In this document: piece by piece, positions 10,901-19,543 of the stretch
Layout: each line of letters opens with the position of its first letter
Numbering within the stretch: position 1 is the first letter of the stretch
Assembly: GCA_965219995.1 (NCBI GenBank)
Contig: CBDCOX010000002.1
Location: 4,704,001-4,768,000 of the forward strand
Direction: 5' to 3'
DNA: 64,000 nt
Source: Candidatus Latescibacterota bacterium
GTDB taxonomy: Bacteria > Latescibacterota > UBA2968 > GCA-2709665
Notes under the pieces: model-generated
The model's database searches: none
What the model saw: only the letters and a program-made list of their open reading frames with translations
Told to the model about the DNA's origin: nothing
Program-made: the position numbers and the translations under genes

Positions 10901-13261
10901 AAGAACCCCGAAAAGCTATTGGACCGGGCCCTCCTGTGGCTGCACGAGCAGGAGGTCATACGACTCCACAAGGGCCTCGCGGTATTCCGTCAGGCGATGA
11001 CCATCAAATTGACGGATGAAAAGCGAGGCTTTGCCAATCCCGACTTCGAACCGCTGAGGCTCCATTACAAGGGCCAGGCAACACAGATCCACGTCATGGC
11101 CGAGTTCGCGCTGCGAGGCCTCAACGATATGGCCGACGCCTTGCGAATGGCACTCGACTACTTCAGTCTGAAGCAGGAGGATTTCCTTCGGCGGTGGCTG
11201 CCGGACAGGGGCAAAGAGATCGAGCGTGAAACCACACCCGAGTCCTGGCGGGCAATCGTCGAGAGCCTGAAGAATCCCGTCCAGCAGCGCATTGTCGCGG
11301 ACGATCGCGAGCAGGTGAACGTGCTGGTGCTGGCCGGACCGGGCTCAGGAAAGACTCGCGTGCTGGTCCATCGCATTGCCTACCTTGTTCGCGCAAAGCG
11401 TGAGAATCCTCGCGGCATCCTGGCGCTGGCCTACAACCGGCACGCGGCGGTCGAAATCCGGAAACGCCTGAATGAATTGATCGGAAACGACGCCCGGGGG
11501 GTAACGGTGTTGACCTGTCACGCCCTGGCCATGCGTCTTGTCGGGGTGAGTTTCCAGGAACGCGAGCGGCGGCCGCTGGACGACGAGGCATTTCGGGAGG
11601 TCCTGCGCCAGGCGGTGAAACTGCTGCGCGGCGAAGGTCTGGAGCCCGAGGAAGCGGACGAGCAGCGGGAACGGCTGCTCAGGGGATTCCGCTGGATCCT
11701 GGTGGACGAATACCAGGATATCGGCGCGGAACAGTATGAACTGATATCGGCACTGGCCGGACGGACCCTGGAAGACGAGGATCGAAAACTCACCCTGTTC
11801 GCGGTAGGCGACGACGATCAGAACATCTACGCATTCAGCGGCGCATCCGTGGAATTCATCCGACGATTCGAAGCGGATTACGGGCCGACGCCCAGCTACC
11901 TCACCGACAATTACCGTTCTACCGGCAACATCATCACAGCAGCGAACGAGCTGATTAAACCTGCCGGACAACGGTTGAAGACAGAACACCCCATCCGCAT
12001 TGACCGGGCGCGCCGGAAGAATCCGCCGGGCGGCGATTGGAACAGTTTGGACCCTGTCGCCGGCGGCCGCGTCCAGGTGTTGCCGTGTGTGCGCGATCCG
12101 ATCTCGCAGGCGCAGGTTGCGATGGTGGAATTGCAGCGGCTCACCGGACTGTCTGAGCATTGGGATTGGTCCAACTGCGCGGTGATCGCGCGCGAGTGGA
12201 AATACCTGGATCCCGTTCGGGCGTTCTGCGAAGTCAACGGTATTCCGGCGCAGTTGGCGAACGAGGGAATCCCGAGCTTCTGGCACCTGCGGGAGACCCG
12301 CACCCTTGTAGAATGGCTGCGCGGAAGGGATACCCGTCTTGTGGATGGTGCGGGCATACGTGAATGGTTGGATGCGCAGCCGAACGGTACCTGGACCGAT
12401 CTGCTCTGGCAGGCCCTTGAAGAGCACACCCTGGAAACCGGCGGCGCGGAAGTGCCGGTGGACCACTTCATCGAGTGGATGGCGGAGTGGGGGCGCGACG
12501 TTCGCCGCCGCCAACGCGGATTATTACTGTCGACCGCGCACCGCGCGAAGGGACTGGAGTTTGATCACATCGTGGTGCTGGACGGCGGCTGGGAAAGGGT
12601 CGACCGGGGCGAAGACCACGACGCGCCTCGAAGGCTTTACTACGTGGCCATGACACGCGCGAAACAGACGCTCGCGCTCGTGCGTTTCCAGGAATCGCGG
12701 CGCGCAGACGGCCCCTCGCGGTCAGATCTCGTACGGGAGCCCGCGGCGCTGGCGTACGGAGAGCGACTCCACTCGCTGCCCTACAGGTTTCCCGCCAATG
12801 GATCAATCCTGCACCGCGAGCCCGTTGCGGTCCCGAAGTACACAAACGAACTCGCACGTCTATACGAGCGACCCGGCCTAGACAAGATCAATCTGGGCTT
12901 CGCGGGACGCTACCATGCCGGGCATCCTGTACATCGCAAGATCGCCGCTCTGTCAACCGGAGATCCGCTTGTGACGCGGATTAACGAACACGGGCAATGG
13001 GAATTGCTGGATGGGTCGGGGACAGTAGTGGGGCGTCTCGCGCGTTCGTTTGAACCGCCGGCTGAAACGCGATGCACGTCCGCTACAGTCTACGCGGTCG
13101 TGTCCTGGAGCCGAGAAGCATCGGAGCCGGAGTTCCGTGAACACGCAAAATGCGATACATGGGAGGTCGTGGTGCCGGAACTGGTCTTCGAGCCGGTTAA
13201 CGGCCAAAGGGATTGCGCGTCTTCAGTTCCGGGAACAACGAGAAATCACGATCCCGTGTGA
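7988..13261 (+). CDS. DnaQ-like exonuclease / RecQ-family helicase / UvrD-family helicase fusion
   Basis: N-terminal IDLEV...GHNLIGFDLPHL...DTL. RecQ motifs PTGTGKS, DEAH, TAT, QEAGRAGRD. UvrD motifs AGPGSGKT, VDEYQD, GDDDQNIY, NYRS, TAHRAKGLEF, YVAMTRA. Confidence 0.93.
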   Translation: MDSGIPHRVASIDLEVGRKNGRIRAFAAVRSDRDRPLIVSSGNAATALRELDDFVSGADFLLGHNLIGFDLPHLTAAKSDLGLLKLPVVDTLKLNPLAFPRNPYHHLVKHYQDPQLKQGRLNDPELDARLALDLFRDQCGALEAVGGDNPELLLAWHWLTTAPGDRTDVDAFSENERNGCSVFFRALRRSHRPPGIEARTAIGSLLKGSGCENQGQDVVRNIDLAGWPLAYALAWLSVAGGNSVMPPWVRHQFPEAGRLVRRLRDRPCGRPDCEWCGERHDPRKELKLWFGFDDFRPEPAGADGRPMQQAICEAAMAGEHILGILPTGTGKSLCYQIPALSRYDKIGALTVVISPLVALMADQVAGLEASGITSCVAINGLLSMPERADALDRVRLGDAAIVLVSPEQLRSKPFRRVLDQREIGAWVLDEAHCLSRWGHDFRSDYRYLGRFIREKAGQEPIPPLICLTATAKPDVVADIRQHFQDELGIQLSVFDGGAQRTNLDFVVVQTTEPEKFAHIHQILMADLPPKTPGGAIVYCATQQQTEEAAQFLRLKEVEAEHFHAGLSPETKKDVQQRFVGGQLRVITATNAFGMGIDKPDVRLVIHADIPGSLENYMQEAGRAGRDRKTARCVLLYTPDDVERQFGMSARSRLTRREIHGVLRALRNLDRKKRLGGEVVATSGEILGEDEEMAFDRDSATDDTRVRTAVSWLEESVLLSREENRVQIFPSSLRVSSVKEARARFQRRGITEGYRRQLLRIVEALIDADPDEGISTDELMGVAGLSPEGVRGAMFDLERLGIATNDTALTAFVHAGVTNHSLKRFDATEELEVALIAHMREAAPDMDKGDSSTLHLRVAAQKLRDAGVVDPLPERLWRILRSIAADGRGEGGDAGSLGVRRRDGETVHVELRREWSDLQVLASRRREGAKRLLDHLLASLPSGSRGTDLLAETTLGKLLDAITSDIVLKSRVKNPEKLLDRALLWLHEQEVIRLHKGLAVFRQAMTIKLTDEKRGFANPDFEPLRLHYKGQATQIHVMAEFALRGLNDMADALRMALDYFSLKQEDFLRRWLPDRGKEIERETTPESWRAIVESLKNPVQQRIVADDREQVNVLVLAGPGSGKTRVLVHRIAYLVRAKRENPRGILALAYNRHAAVEIRKRLNELIGNDARGVTVLTCHALAMRLVGVSFQERERRPLDDEAFREVLRQAVKLLRGEGLEPEEADEQRERLLRGFRWILVDEYQDIGAEQYELISALAGRTLEDEDRKLTLFAVGDDDQNIYAFSGASVEFIRRFEADYGPTPSYLTDNYRSTGNIITAANELIKPAGQRLKTEHPIRIDRARRKNPPGGDWNSLDPVAGGRVQVLPCVRDPISQAQVAMVELQRLTGLSEHWDWSNCAVIAREWKYLDPVRAFCEVNGIPAQLANEGIPSFWHLRETRTLVEWLRGRDTRLVDGAGIREWLDAQPNGTWTDLLWQALEEHTLETGGAEVPVDHFIEWMAEWGRDVRRRQRGLLLSTAHRAKGLEFDHIVVLDGGWERVDRGEDHDAPRRLYYVAMTRAKQTLALVRFQESRRADGPSRSDLVREPAALAYGERLHSLPYRFPANGSILHREPVAVPKYTNELARLYERPGLDKINLGFAGRYHAGHPVHRKIAALSTGDPLVTRINEHGQWELLDGSGTVVGRLARSFEPPAETRCTSATVYAVVSWSREASEPEFREHAKCDTWEVVVPELVFEPVNGQRDCASSVPGTTRNHDPV

Positions 13262-13634
13262 GTAGCGTGTCCACGCCGTGGACAAGGCAAATCGCAACCA
13301 CCCGGGCGTCGTGTACGACTGCGCCGCGCACCCGTGGTCGCTGCACCAGACTGCCCAGCACGGTCGAGAAACCGCTTGTTTCACCGAGCAGTCGATTGCT
13401 CGGAGATAAGATCCATGCTTCAAGTTGCCGCCATGCGTTTTTTGGTGACGTGGCCGATTCACTCCAGATCCTCCGGTTCGTAACAACGCTGAGGAATTCA
13501 TAACAACAGGGCCAGGGTATCGCCCAGGGTCGATCTCCTTCGCTGAGTTCCCTCAGTACGGCAAATGCCGTTTCATGCTCACGCGATTCCTTGCGGTGCG
13601 CGTAGACAAGCAGATTCGTATCAACGGCAATCAC
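13197..13634 (-). CDS. vapC: VapC-family PIN-domain toxin
   Basis: Starts GTG IAVDTNLLVYAHR; EFLSVVT, HDARVVA, TRDRDF acidic PIN motifs; GTG start overlaps the antitoxin stop. Confidence 0.92.
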   Translation of the reverse strand: MIAVDTNLLVYAHRKESREHETAFAVLRELSEGDRPWAIPWPCCYEFLSVVTNRRIWSESATSPKNAWRQLEAWILSPSNRLLGETSGFSTVLGSLVQRPRVRGAVVHDARVVAICLVHGVDTLLTRDRDFSLFPELKTRNPFGR

Positions 13635-13879
13635 CTGGTATCCACGTCTCCATAGATGATTTCGCGCAGATCCTGCCACGAGTAGGATTCTAACGGATCG
13701 GAGGAACTCGGATTGCCCGTACTTAAATCAGGAAGCCGGTATTGAGTTCGATGCTTCGGTCCTGCGAGTACCTCTCTCAGTCCCTCTTCTACCAAAGCGC
13801 GTAATGTCCGCCCCGACTTCCTCGCGTACAGTTTTGCTCTCGCCAGCAGTTCGTCTTGAATGTCAATCGTTGTTTTCAT
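13631..13879 (-). CDS. vapB: VapB-family RHH antitoxin
   Basis: MKTTIDIQDELLARAK...TLRALVEEGLR, 82 aa, directly upstream of vapC. Confidence 0.88.
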   Translation of the reverse strand: MKTTIDIQDELLARAKLYARKSGRTLRALVEEGLREVLAGPKHRTQYRLPDLSTGNPSSSDPLESYSWQDLREIIYGDVDTR

Positions 13880-13886
13880 AATTCCC

Positions 13887-13915
13887 ATATTAGCCATATA
13901 ATACGATACAGTCAA
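13887..13915 (-). promoter_or_regulatory. Sigma70-type promoter of vapBC, probably leaderless
   Basis: Minus strand TTGACT-N17-TAATAT, with ATG 7 nt after the -10; ATATGG direct repeats overlap it. Confidence 0.7.
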
Positions 13916-14300
13916 GCAATAAAAGCAGGAATTCGGTCGAACCCACCTACGTCCACTGTTACGTAACCACCTGCCGAAAGATGCGATTCGATGATCGTCT
14001 CGCCGCGCCACGGTGAACTCACTGTTCAGCAGAAACGCCGCACCCTTCGCGGTCTTCGACCGCCTTCGTCACGACCTACTCTGCCAAGTTCGATTTGTAA
14101 ATCGCTCCATTCCGCGATGTAAACACCGATATCGATGTCTGATTGCTCAGCGTGCGTTCGCCGCCATCCAAACATTAGACAGTTACTCTTCAGGGATGTA
14201 TAGGCAGCATTACGGGCTCATTTTTCGTGGGGTGATAAGGATTTCGTGAATGTTCGCCGAGATCAAGGATTCGAGTGACGGAATGATTGATGGCCTTGAT

Positions 14301-14654
14301 TCATCGACGGACTCGAATACGGGATTCTTCTACGATCCAGAGTTGACCCTCGAGTGCAGTGCCGGACATTGCGTTGAGCAAACGTCTTCCGATCTCCAAT
14401 ACATGCACGCGCGCCTGGCTAGCCAGCCGCAATACGACCAACCCGGGATATGCGCTTGGAGGGTAAGTCCGGATATTCGCAAAATCAGTATCAAACGTGA
14501 CGATAGCCCTACCCTCGCGCAAACAGGTTGACGCAAGATCAGGATCCCGAGCGCCACCGAGATCCTGATCAAGTACTGTAACAGCGTCGAGACCTGCCTC
14601 GCGAAAAGCTTCCGCCAATTCAATGGGCAGATTCTCGTCAAGCTTGAATCGCAT
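14301..14654 (-). CDS. DUF5615 (Mut7-C/PIN-like) putative toxin
   Basis: MRFKLDENLP...AIVTFDTDF...GLVVLR; paired with DUF433. Confidence 0.88.
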   Translation of the reverse strand: MRFKLDENLPIELAEAFREAGLDAVTVLDQDLGGARDPDLASTCLREGRAIVTFDTDFANIRTYPPSAYPGLVVLRLASQARVHVLEIGRRLLNAMSGTALEGQLWIVEESRIRVRR

Positions 14655-14657
14655 TCC

Positions 14658-14897
14658 CTATTTTCCCAAAGTAACCACCCGTTCATTTGCCAAAGCGGCG
14701 GCATAGGCGATCGCCGCCTGGACGGCTTCGCGTGAGACCGACGGATAGCTCTTCGTAATCTCGTCGGGGTCCAGACCGGAAGCAAGATTGTCAAGAATCG
14801 TGGTCACCAGGACTCGCGTGCCGGCGATGCAAGCCTTTCCGTGGCATATTTCCGGATCCACCGTGATATATTCGCGCCAATCCAATGTGTTTCTCAT
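14658..14897 (-). CDS. DUF433 antitoxin
   Basis: ITVDPEICHGKACIAGTRVLV...ITKSYPSVSREAVQAAIAYAA signature. Confidence 0.92.
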   Translation of the reverse strand: MRNTLDWREYITVDPEICHGKACIAGTRVLVTTILDNLASGLDPDEITKSYPSVSREAVQAAIAYAAALANERVVTLGK

Positions 14898-15301
14898 GAT
14901 CCTGCCTTTACTGCCGCGCGACGCTTCCTGATCGCGGTATCACCAGGCGAATGCAAATCCAACCCCACCTGGTACGGGCCCATACAAATGCACTGGTCAA
15001 TGGGCTCGGCCAACCCATTGCCATTTGCTTTTGACCTGAATTATCCGTGAAAACCGGTTGATTTTCAATAATGTAAGCGGAGAATACAACGAAAACCTTG
15101 AAGCGTCCGGAATCGGGCCGGCCAGCGTAACATTGGGTTTTCTGGGTGGCCGGAGTGACGATTTGCGGTCTATATGAGTCGATTTACTGCCGTTTGTCGG
15201 TTTCTCGTTCTCTCGTGCTTTTCTCTCGCTCTTCGGTTTTCATCCTGTCCATCCTGTGCATCCATGTAAGTTCCGGCTTATGAGTTGAAGGGGTTACACC
15301 C

Positions 15302-16633
15302 TCAATCCGCGGGGACCATTTCCGGCGCTTTGCGCGCGAAGACGTCGATGGGCGGAAGGTTGCGGTCGGGGCCGAGTTCGAGCTGGCGGGGGCCGACCAG
15401 GATGTCCAGGTTGTCGCGCATTTCGGCCATGTCCAGGTAGGCGGTGGAGGCTTCGACTTCACCTAGGTCGAGGGTATTCCTGATCCAGAGCACTTTGGCG
15501 TCGCACGGCTCGATGAGCCCGATGGATTCCAGCCCGATCTGCAGGACTTCCTCGTCGGTGGGAAAGTGCATGGGGATGGAGGCGGCGGGCGGATGCTGCC
15601 CGGTAATCGCGTTGATATTCGTCGCGTAGTGGTCGATTTTCTCCACCAGCCGGTCCGTGGTGAATTCGGCCATGCCGACGCCCACCGCGTTGCCATGGGT
15701 CTTTTCCGTGAGGTCCCGGACGAAGATGCGAAGCACGCGAGGCGTGTCGCCGTCCTCCGCGCGGCGTTCGTTGCGCTTGCGCCCCACCACATTGGTGTCG
15801 ATGCCGGAGCCGCTGATGTCCTTTCCCATCTCGTCGATGATCAGCAGGTCCACGTCGTCGAAGGGCAGGCGGGGACACCAGGCCTTGGCCTTGACCAGTA
15901 GCGCCTTCTCGGCGCTTTCGAATTCGGCGGCGGGAACGGCGGCGATCTGCGCGGTTTCGTCATAGCCGTTTTCGAGCAGGGCGACGCCGAATGTAACGGG
16001 CATTTTTTCACGGACGGACTTGCCCACAACGCGAACGATCTTGTCGAACGAGTGATGGATGATGGCGCGGTGGTAGATCGTTGCGCCCTTGTGCTTGCCC
16101 AGGCCGATGAGCATCATCTTCATCAGGCCGCTTTCGATCTCGCCGACGAAACCCGTGTGGGGCTTTACGCGGTTGACGACGACCACGTGGTCAGCCTCGG
16201 AGGCGCATTTGTCGAAATAGACCGGCATGCCGAAATCGGTGACGTCGATCTCGACAACGTCCATCGAGGATTTTACGGGCGCGCCGACCGTTTCTTCGGT
16301 AATGCCGTATTCAGCCAGGATCCCGGCCTGGCCTTCGGCCGTGCCGCCGCCGTGGCTGCCCATCGCGGGAACGATGAAGGGCCTGGCGCCCAGCGCGACC
16401 ATCTCTTCGACGATCGTCGCAATGACCGTGTCGAGGTTCGCGATGCCGCGAGACCCCGCGGCGATTGCGACGGTGTGCCCGGGCCTGATGGTGTCACCGG
16501 GGTTGAGGTTTCGGATTTCACGGCGCGTGTCTCCCGGTATGTCGTCCACGCGCGGCGCGTCGAACCGCTGGCGGAGCCGGAACATGTGGGGATATTGCAT
16601 TTGGGGCCTCCGGAGGTAGAGGTCGTAAGACAA
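15302..16633 (-). CDS. Lactate-racemase-domain (LarA/DUF2088-like) protein
   Basis: VAIAAGSRGI, PAMGSHGG, NRVKPHT, GKDISGSG motifs. Confidence 0.75.
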   Translation of the reverse strand: MSYDLYLRRPQMQYPHMFRLRQRFDAPRVDDIPGDTRREIRNLNPGDTIRPGHTVAIAAGSRGIANLDTVIATIVEEMVALGARPFIVPAMGSHGGGTAEGQAGILAEYGITEETVGAPVKSSMDVVEIDVTDFGMPVYFDKCASEADHVVVVNRVKPHTGFVGEIESGLMKMMLIGLGKHKGATIYHRAIIHHSFDKIVRVVGKSVREKMPVTFGVALLENGYDETAQIAAVPAAEFESAEKALLVKAKAWCPRLPFDDVDLLIIDEMGKDISGSGIDTNVVGRKRNERRAEDGDTPRVLRIFVRDLTEKTHGNAVGVGMAEFTTDRLVEKIDHYATNINAITGQHPPAASIPMHFPTDEEVLQIGLESIGLIEPCDAKVLWIRNTLDLGEVEASTAYLDMAEMRDNLDILVGPRQLELGPDRNLPPIDVFARKAPEMVPAD

Positions 16634-16684
16634 CAGGAGATCGCGTCGTTGGCGTTGCCACCGACAATTCGGTTCGACGGAGAT

Positions 16685-17842
16685 TCACATGGCGGCTTCG
16701 TACAGCGCAATGATGTCCTTAAGGGTGGTGTAACGCGGGTTGATCTGAATATTTCCGCTCTTCATCGCGTCTTCCGCAAGTACGGGAATCCCTTCGGGGA
16801 CGACGCCGGCGTCGGTAAGGGTTTCAGGGATGCCGACTTCCGCCGACAGCGTTTTCACGGCTTCCACGGCAACGTCGGCGGCCTCCATGGGCGAAAGGCC
16901 GTCGATGTCTTCGCCAAGTGCAGCCGCGACGTCGGCGAATCGTTCGGGACACGCGACTTTGTTGAAGTCCATCACCCGGGTGAGCAGGATGGCGTTGGCG
17001 ACGCCGTGAGGGACGCCGTAATGGCCGCCCACGGCGTGGGACATCGCGTGCACGTTGCCAAGACGCGTCTGCGAGAAGGCGATGCCGGCCATATTGCTCG
17101 CCAGAAGCATCTGTTCGGTGGCTTCGTAGTTGTGGTGGCTGGCGGCGGCCTGCCGGAGGTTTTCCGCAATCAGCCGGATGGCGTGGAGCGCCAGGCCGTC
17201 GGATATGGGGTTGGAGGCCAGCGCCACGTAGGATTCCACGGCGTGGGTGAGCGCGTCCATCCCGGTGGCGGCGGCAATGGGCATGGGCAGGGCGACGGCC
17301 GCATTCGAGTCGAGTATGCCTACGTCAGGAATCACGTGGGGACCGCCTACCGTCGCCTTGAAGTGGTTGTTGTCCGTCACGACGGCGAACGGGGTGACTT
17401 CGCTGGCCGTGCCGTAGGTCGTGGGCACACACAGCAGAAAGGGCACGCGTTTCCGCCCCTGCAACAGACCGAAGTGGTCCTCAATTCTGCCGCCGTTGGA
17501 TGCGAGGACGCCGGCGCATTTGGCCGTATCCATCGAAGACCCCCCGCCAATGGCCAGCAGCCAGTCGCAGCCCTGTGACTCGTACAGATCGAAACAGGCC
17601 TGAATGACGTGTACCGGCGGGTTTTCTTCCACACCGTCGTAAACCACGAAGGGGACTCCGGCGTCCTCCAGGACACCGGTGGTCTGCTGTGCCACGCCGG
17701 CTTTGACCAGGCCCTTGTCGGTAACGACGAGGGCTTTTTTCTCGTGCCGGCCGGATAGAATCCGCGGGATTTCAGACACGCTGCCACGGCCCACGAGAAG
17801 CCGGGTGGGCGAATGAAAGGTGAAGCTGTCTTGTTCCGTCAC
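16685..17842 (-). CDS. Iron-containing alcohol dehydrogenase
   Basis: GGGSSMD, PTTYGT, GMDALTHAVES, HAMSH, HGVAN; GTG start at 17842 with AAGGAG RBS. Confidence 0.93.
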   Translation of the reverse strand: MTEQDSFTFHSPTRLLVGRGSVSEIPRILSGRHEKKALVVTDKGLVKAGVAQQTTGVLEDAGVPFVVYDGVEENPPVHVIQACFDLYESQGCDWLLAIGGGSSMDTAKCAGVLASNGGRIEDHFGLLQGRKRVPFLLCVPTTYGTASEVTPFAVVTDNNHFKATVGGPHVIPDVGILDSNAAVALPMPIAAATGMDALTHAVESYVALASNPISDGLALHAIRLIAENLRQAAASHHNYEATEQMLLASNMAGIAFSQTRLGNVHAMSHAVGGHYGVPHGVANAILLTRVMDFNKVACPERFADVAAALGEDIDGLSPMEAADVAVEAVKTLSAEVGIPETLTDAGVVPEGIPVLAEDAMKSGNIQINPRYTTLKDIIALYEAAM

Positions 17843-17924
17843 AATGCGTGCTCCTTGAAGTACGGTAGAAACAGGAACTGTCCTCACGTAATTTAGGCGT
17901 TACGTCAAGTGTGGACAAGCAGAT

Positions 17925-18160
17925 TCAGCGGTCAGGAAAAGGCAGCTATCAGCTGTCAGCGTTCAGCCGTCAGCATGAAGCAAGAGCGACAATCAGCTCA
18001 CACGAAGACACGAAGACACAAAGGGAAAAGCCAAGAGCAGCAAAAAGCAGCTATTAGCGGTCGGCGTTCAGCCGTCAGCAAAGATCAAAAACGACAATCA
18101 GCTCACACGAAGACACAAAGACACAAAGAAAAACAAGCCGGCAATCAGCCGTCAGCATGA
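17925..18160. repeat. TCAGC heptamer arrays with ACACGAAGACAC units, internally duplicated
   Basis: cagctatcagctgtcagcgttcagccgtcagc and cgacaatcagctcacacgaagacac each occur twice; similar arrays at about 47655-47770 and 50765-50795. Confidence 0.75.
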
Positions 18161-18222
18161 AGCAAATGCCGAAGCAGTCGACACCCGCGCCGTGAAGTGG
18201 CAGGACCATTACGGCCGCAGAC

Positions 18223-18326
18223 CTCTCCCCCCAACCCCCTCTCCTAAAGGAAAGGGGGAGAAAACCAGGCTTCCATCAAGCGATGACAGTTCCCCCCTTC
18301 CTTCAGGAAGGGGGATAGGGGGTAGG
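18223..18326. repeat. Paired inverted C-rich/G-rich palindromes (REP-like doublet, possible terminator)
   Basis: CTCTCCCCCAACCCCCTCTCCTAAAGGAAAGGGGGAG and its inverted partner TTCCCCCCTTCCTTCAGGAAGGGGATAGGGGGTAGG, just downstream of the 18336 stop. Confidence 0.7.
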
Positions 18327-18335
18327 TCCGAGGGG

Positions 18336-19349
18336 TCAAAAAATCTTTCCGATTTCATCCCGATCGAATTCGGGCAGGTCCTCCCAGACGCCGTCTACCC
18401 GGAGTCTGAGTCCGAAATCGGGCGATTCGGCGCGCCCGACGATCTCGCAGGGAATGCCGGCGTTTCGGATGGCGTCGCGGACCGGCTCGGCATCTCCCGG
18501 CGCCAGGCCGATCAACAGCGCGCCGGAGGAGATGACGCCCAGCGGGTCCAGCTGGAAAGCGTCGCACAGCAGACGCGTTTCTTCGGAGGCGAAGAGCGCC
18601 TCGCCGTCCACTGAAAGTCCGCAGTTCGAGGCGGCCGCGAGTTCACGCAGCGCCGTGGCAACGCCGCCTTCGGTGGGGTCGTGCATCGCGTGCACCGGGG
18701 CGGTTTCGCACGCGATTCGCGCCTCTCTGATAATGCTGATACCCGGATCGTGCAGGTATTTGCATGCGGCGTCCAGCATGTCCGGATCGAATCCCCGGTC
18801 GCGCAACTCGACGGCTTTCTCTCTGGCCAGGATGGCGGTGGCTTCGATTCCCAACCCTTTGGTCAGCAGAACGCTGTCGCCCGCCTGGAGTCCGCTCGAT
18901 CGGACCAGGTCTTCGCGCCGCACTTCGCCCAGCATCTGGCCGACGACGATCGGCCGGTCCAGTCCCGCGGTGATTTCCGTGTGGCCGCCGCATAGCGAAA
19001 CGCCGATCTCGCCGGCAGCGCGCCGGAGCGATTCGAAGACGGACCGGATGAGGGCCTCGTCCGTCCGGCTTTCAGGCAGAAGCAGCGTGGCCAGGAACCA
19101 GCGGGGGACCGCCCCCATCGTGGCGACGTCGTTGGCGTTGACGTGGACTGCATATCGGCCGATTTCGTCGGTGGCGAAGGTGATCGGATCGGTTTTCACC
19201 ACGAGGCAGGTCTCGCCGAAGTCAATGACCGCGGCGTCCTCCCCCACCTCCGGACCCACGAGAACGCGCTCGTCGTCGACGCGGCATTCGCGCAGCAGGC
19301 CGGAAAGCAGGTCCAGCGGGAGTTTACCTGGCGGCAGAAAAGCACACAT
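18336..19349 (-). CDS. AIR-synthase-related (HypE/PurM-like) protein
   Basis: GKLP, GEDAAV, KTDPITF, NANDVATMGA, GGHTE, MHDPTEGG. Confidence 0.88.
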   Translation of the reverse strand: MCAFLPPGKLPLDLLSGLLRECRVDDERVLVGPEVGEDAAVIDFGETCLVVKTDPITFATDEIGRYAVHVNANDVATMGAVPRWFLATLLLPESRTDEALIRSVFESLRRAAGEIGVSLCGGHTEITAGLDRPIVVGQMLGEVRREDLVRSSGLQAGDSVLLTKGLGIEATAILAREKAVELRDRGFDPDMLDAACKYLHDPGISIIREARIACETAPVHAMHDPTEGGVATALRELAAASNCGLSVDGEALFASEETRLLCDAFQLDPLGVISSGALLIGLAPGDAEPVRDAIRNAGIPCEIVGRAESPDFGLRLRVDGVWEDLPEFDRDEIGKIF

Positions 19350-19406
19350 GGTCGTGAGTGGGTTGGCTGGAAAAGGAAACCGGCGTGGTCCTGGAACGCG
19401 GAATTT

Positions 19407-19435
19407 ACGATAGGCCAATTCCGGGGGGTTGTCAA
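19407..19435 (-). promoter_or_regulatory. Sigma70-type promoter for the AIR-synthase-like gene
   Basis: Minus strand TTGACA-N17-TATCGT. Confidence 0.55.
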
Positions 19436-19543
19436 CGGTTTTGCAGGACCGCGGAGCTGTCCGCCCCGGTTGACCGGCAGGTGCGGCGAAGGAGTTTTCC
19501 TGTCTGGTGAGCCGGGTTACCGAGGGCAACAGTCGAAGTTACT

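Noticed and set aside
13920-14300. Small ORFs between the two TA pairs
   Set aside because: No RBS or recognisable motifs; treated as intergenic or antisense.
17909-18160. 83-aa ORF and possible CRISPR in the heptamer region
   Set aside because: The ORF is a translation of low-complexity repeats; there is no constant repeat-spacer period.
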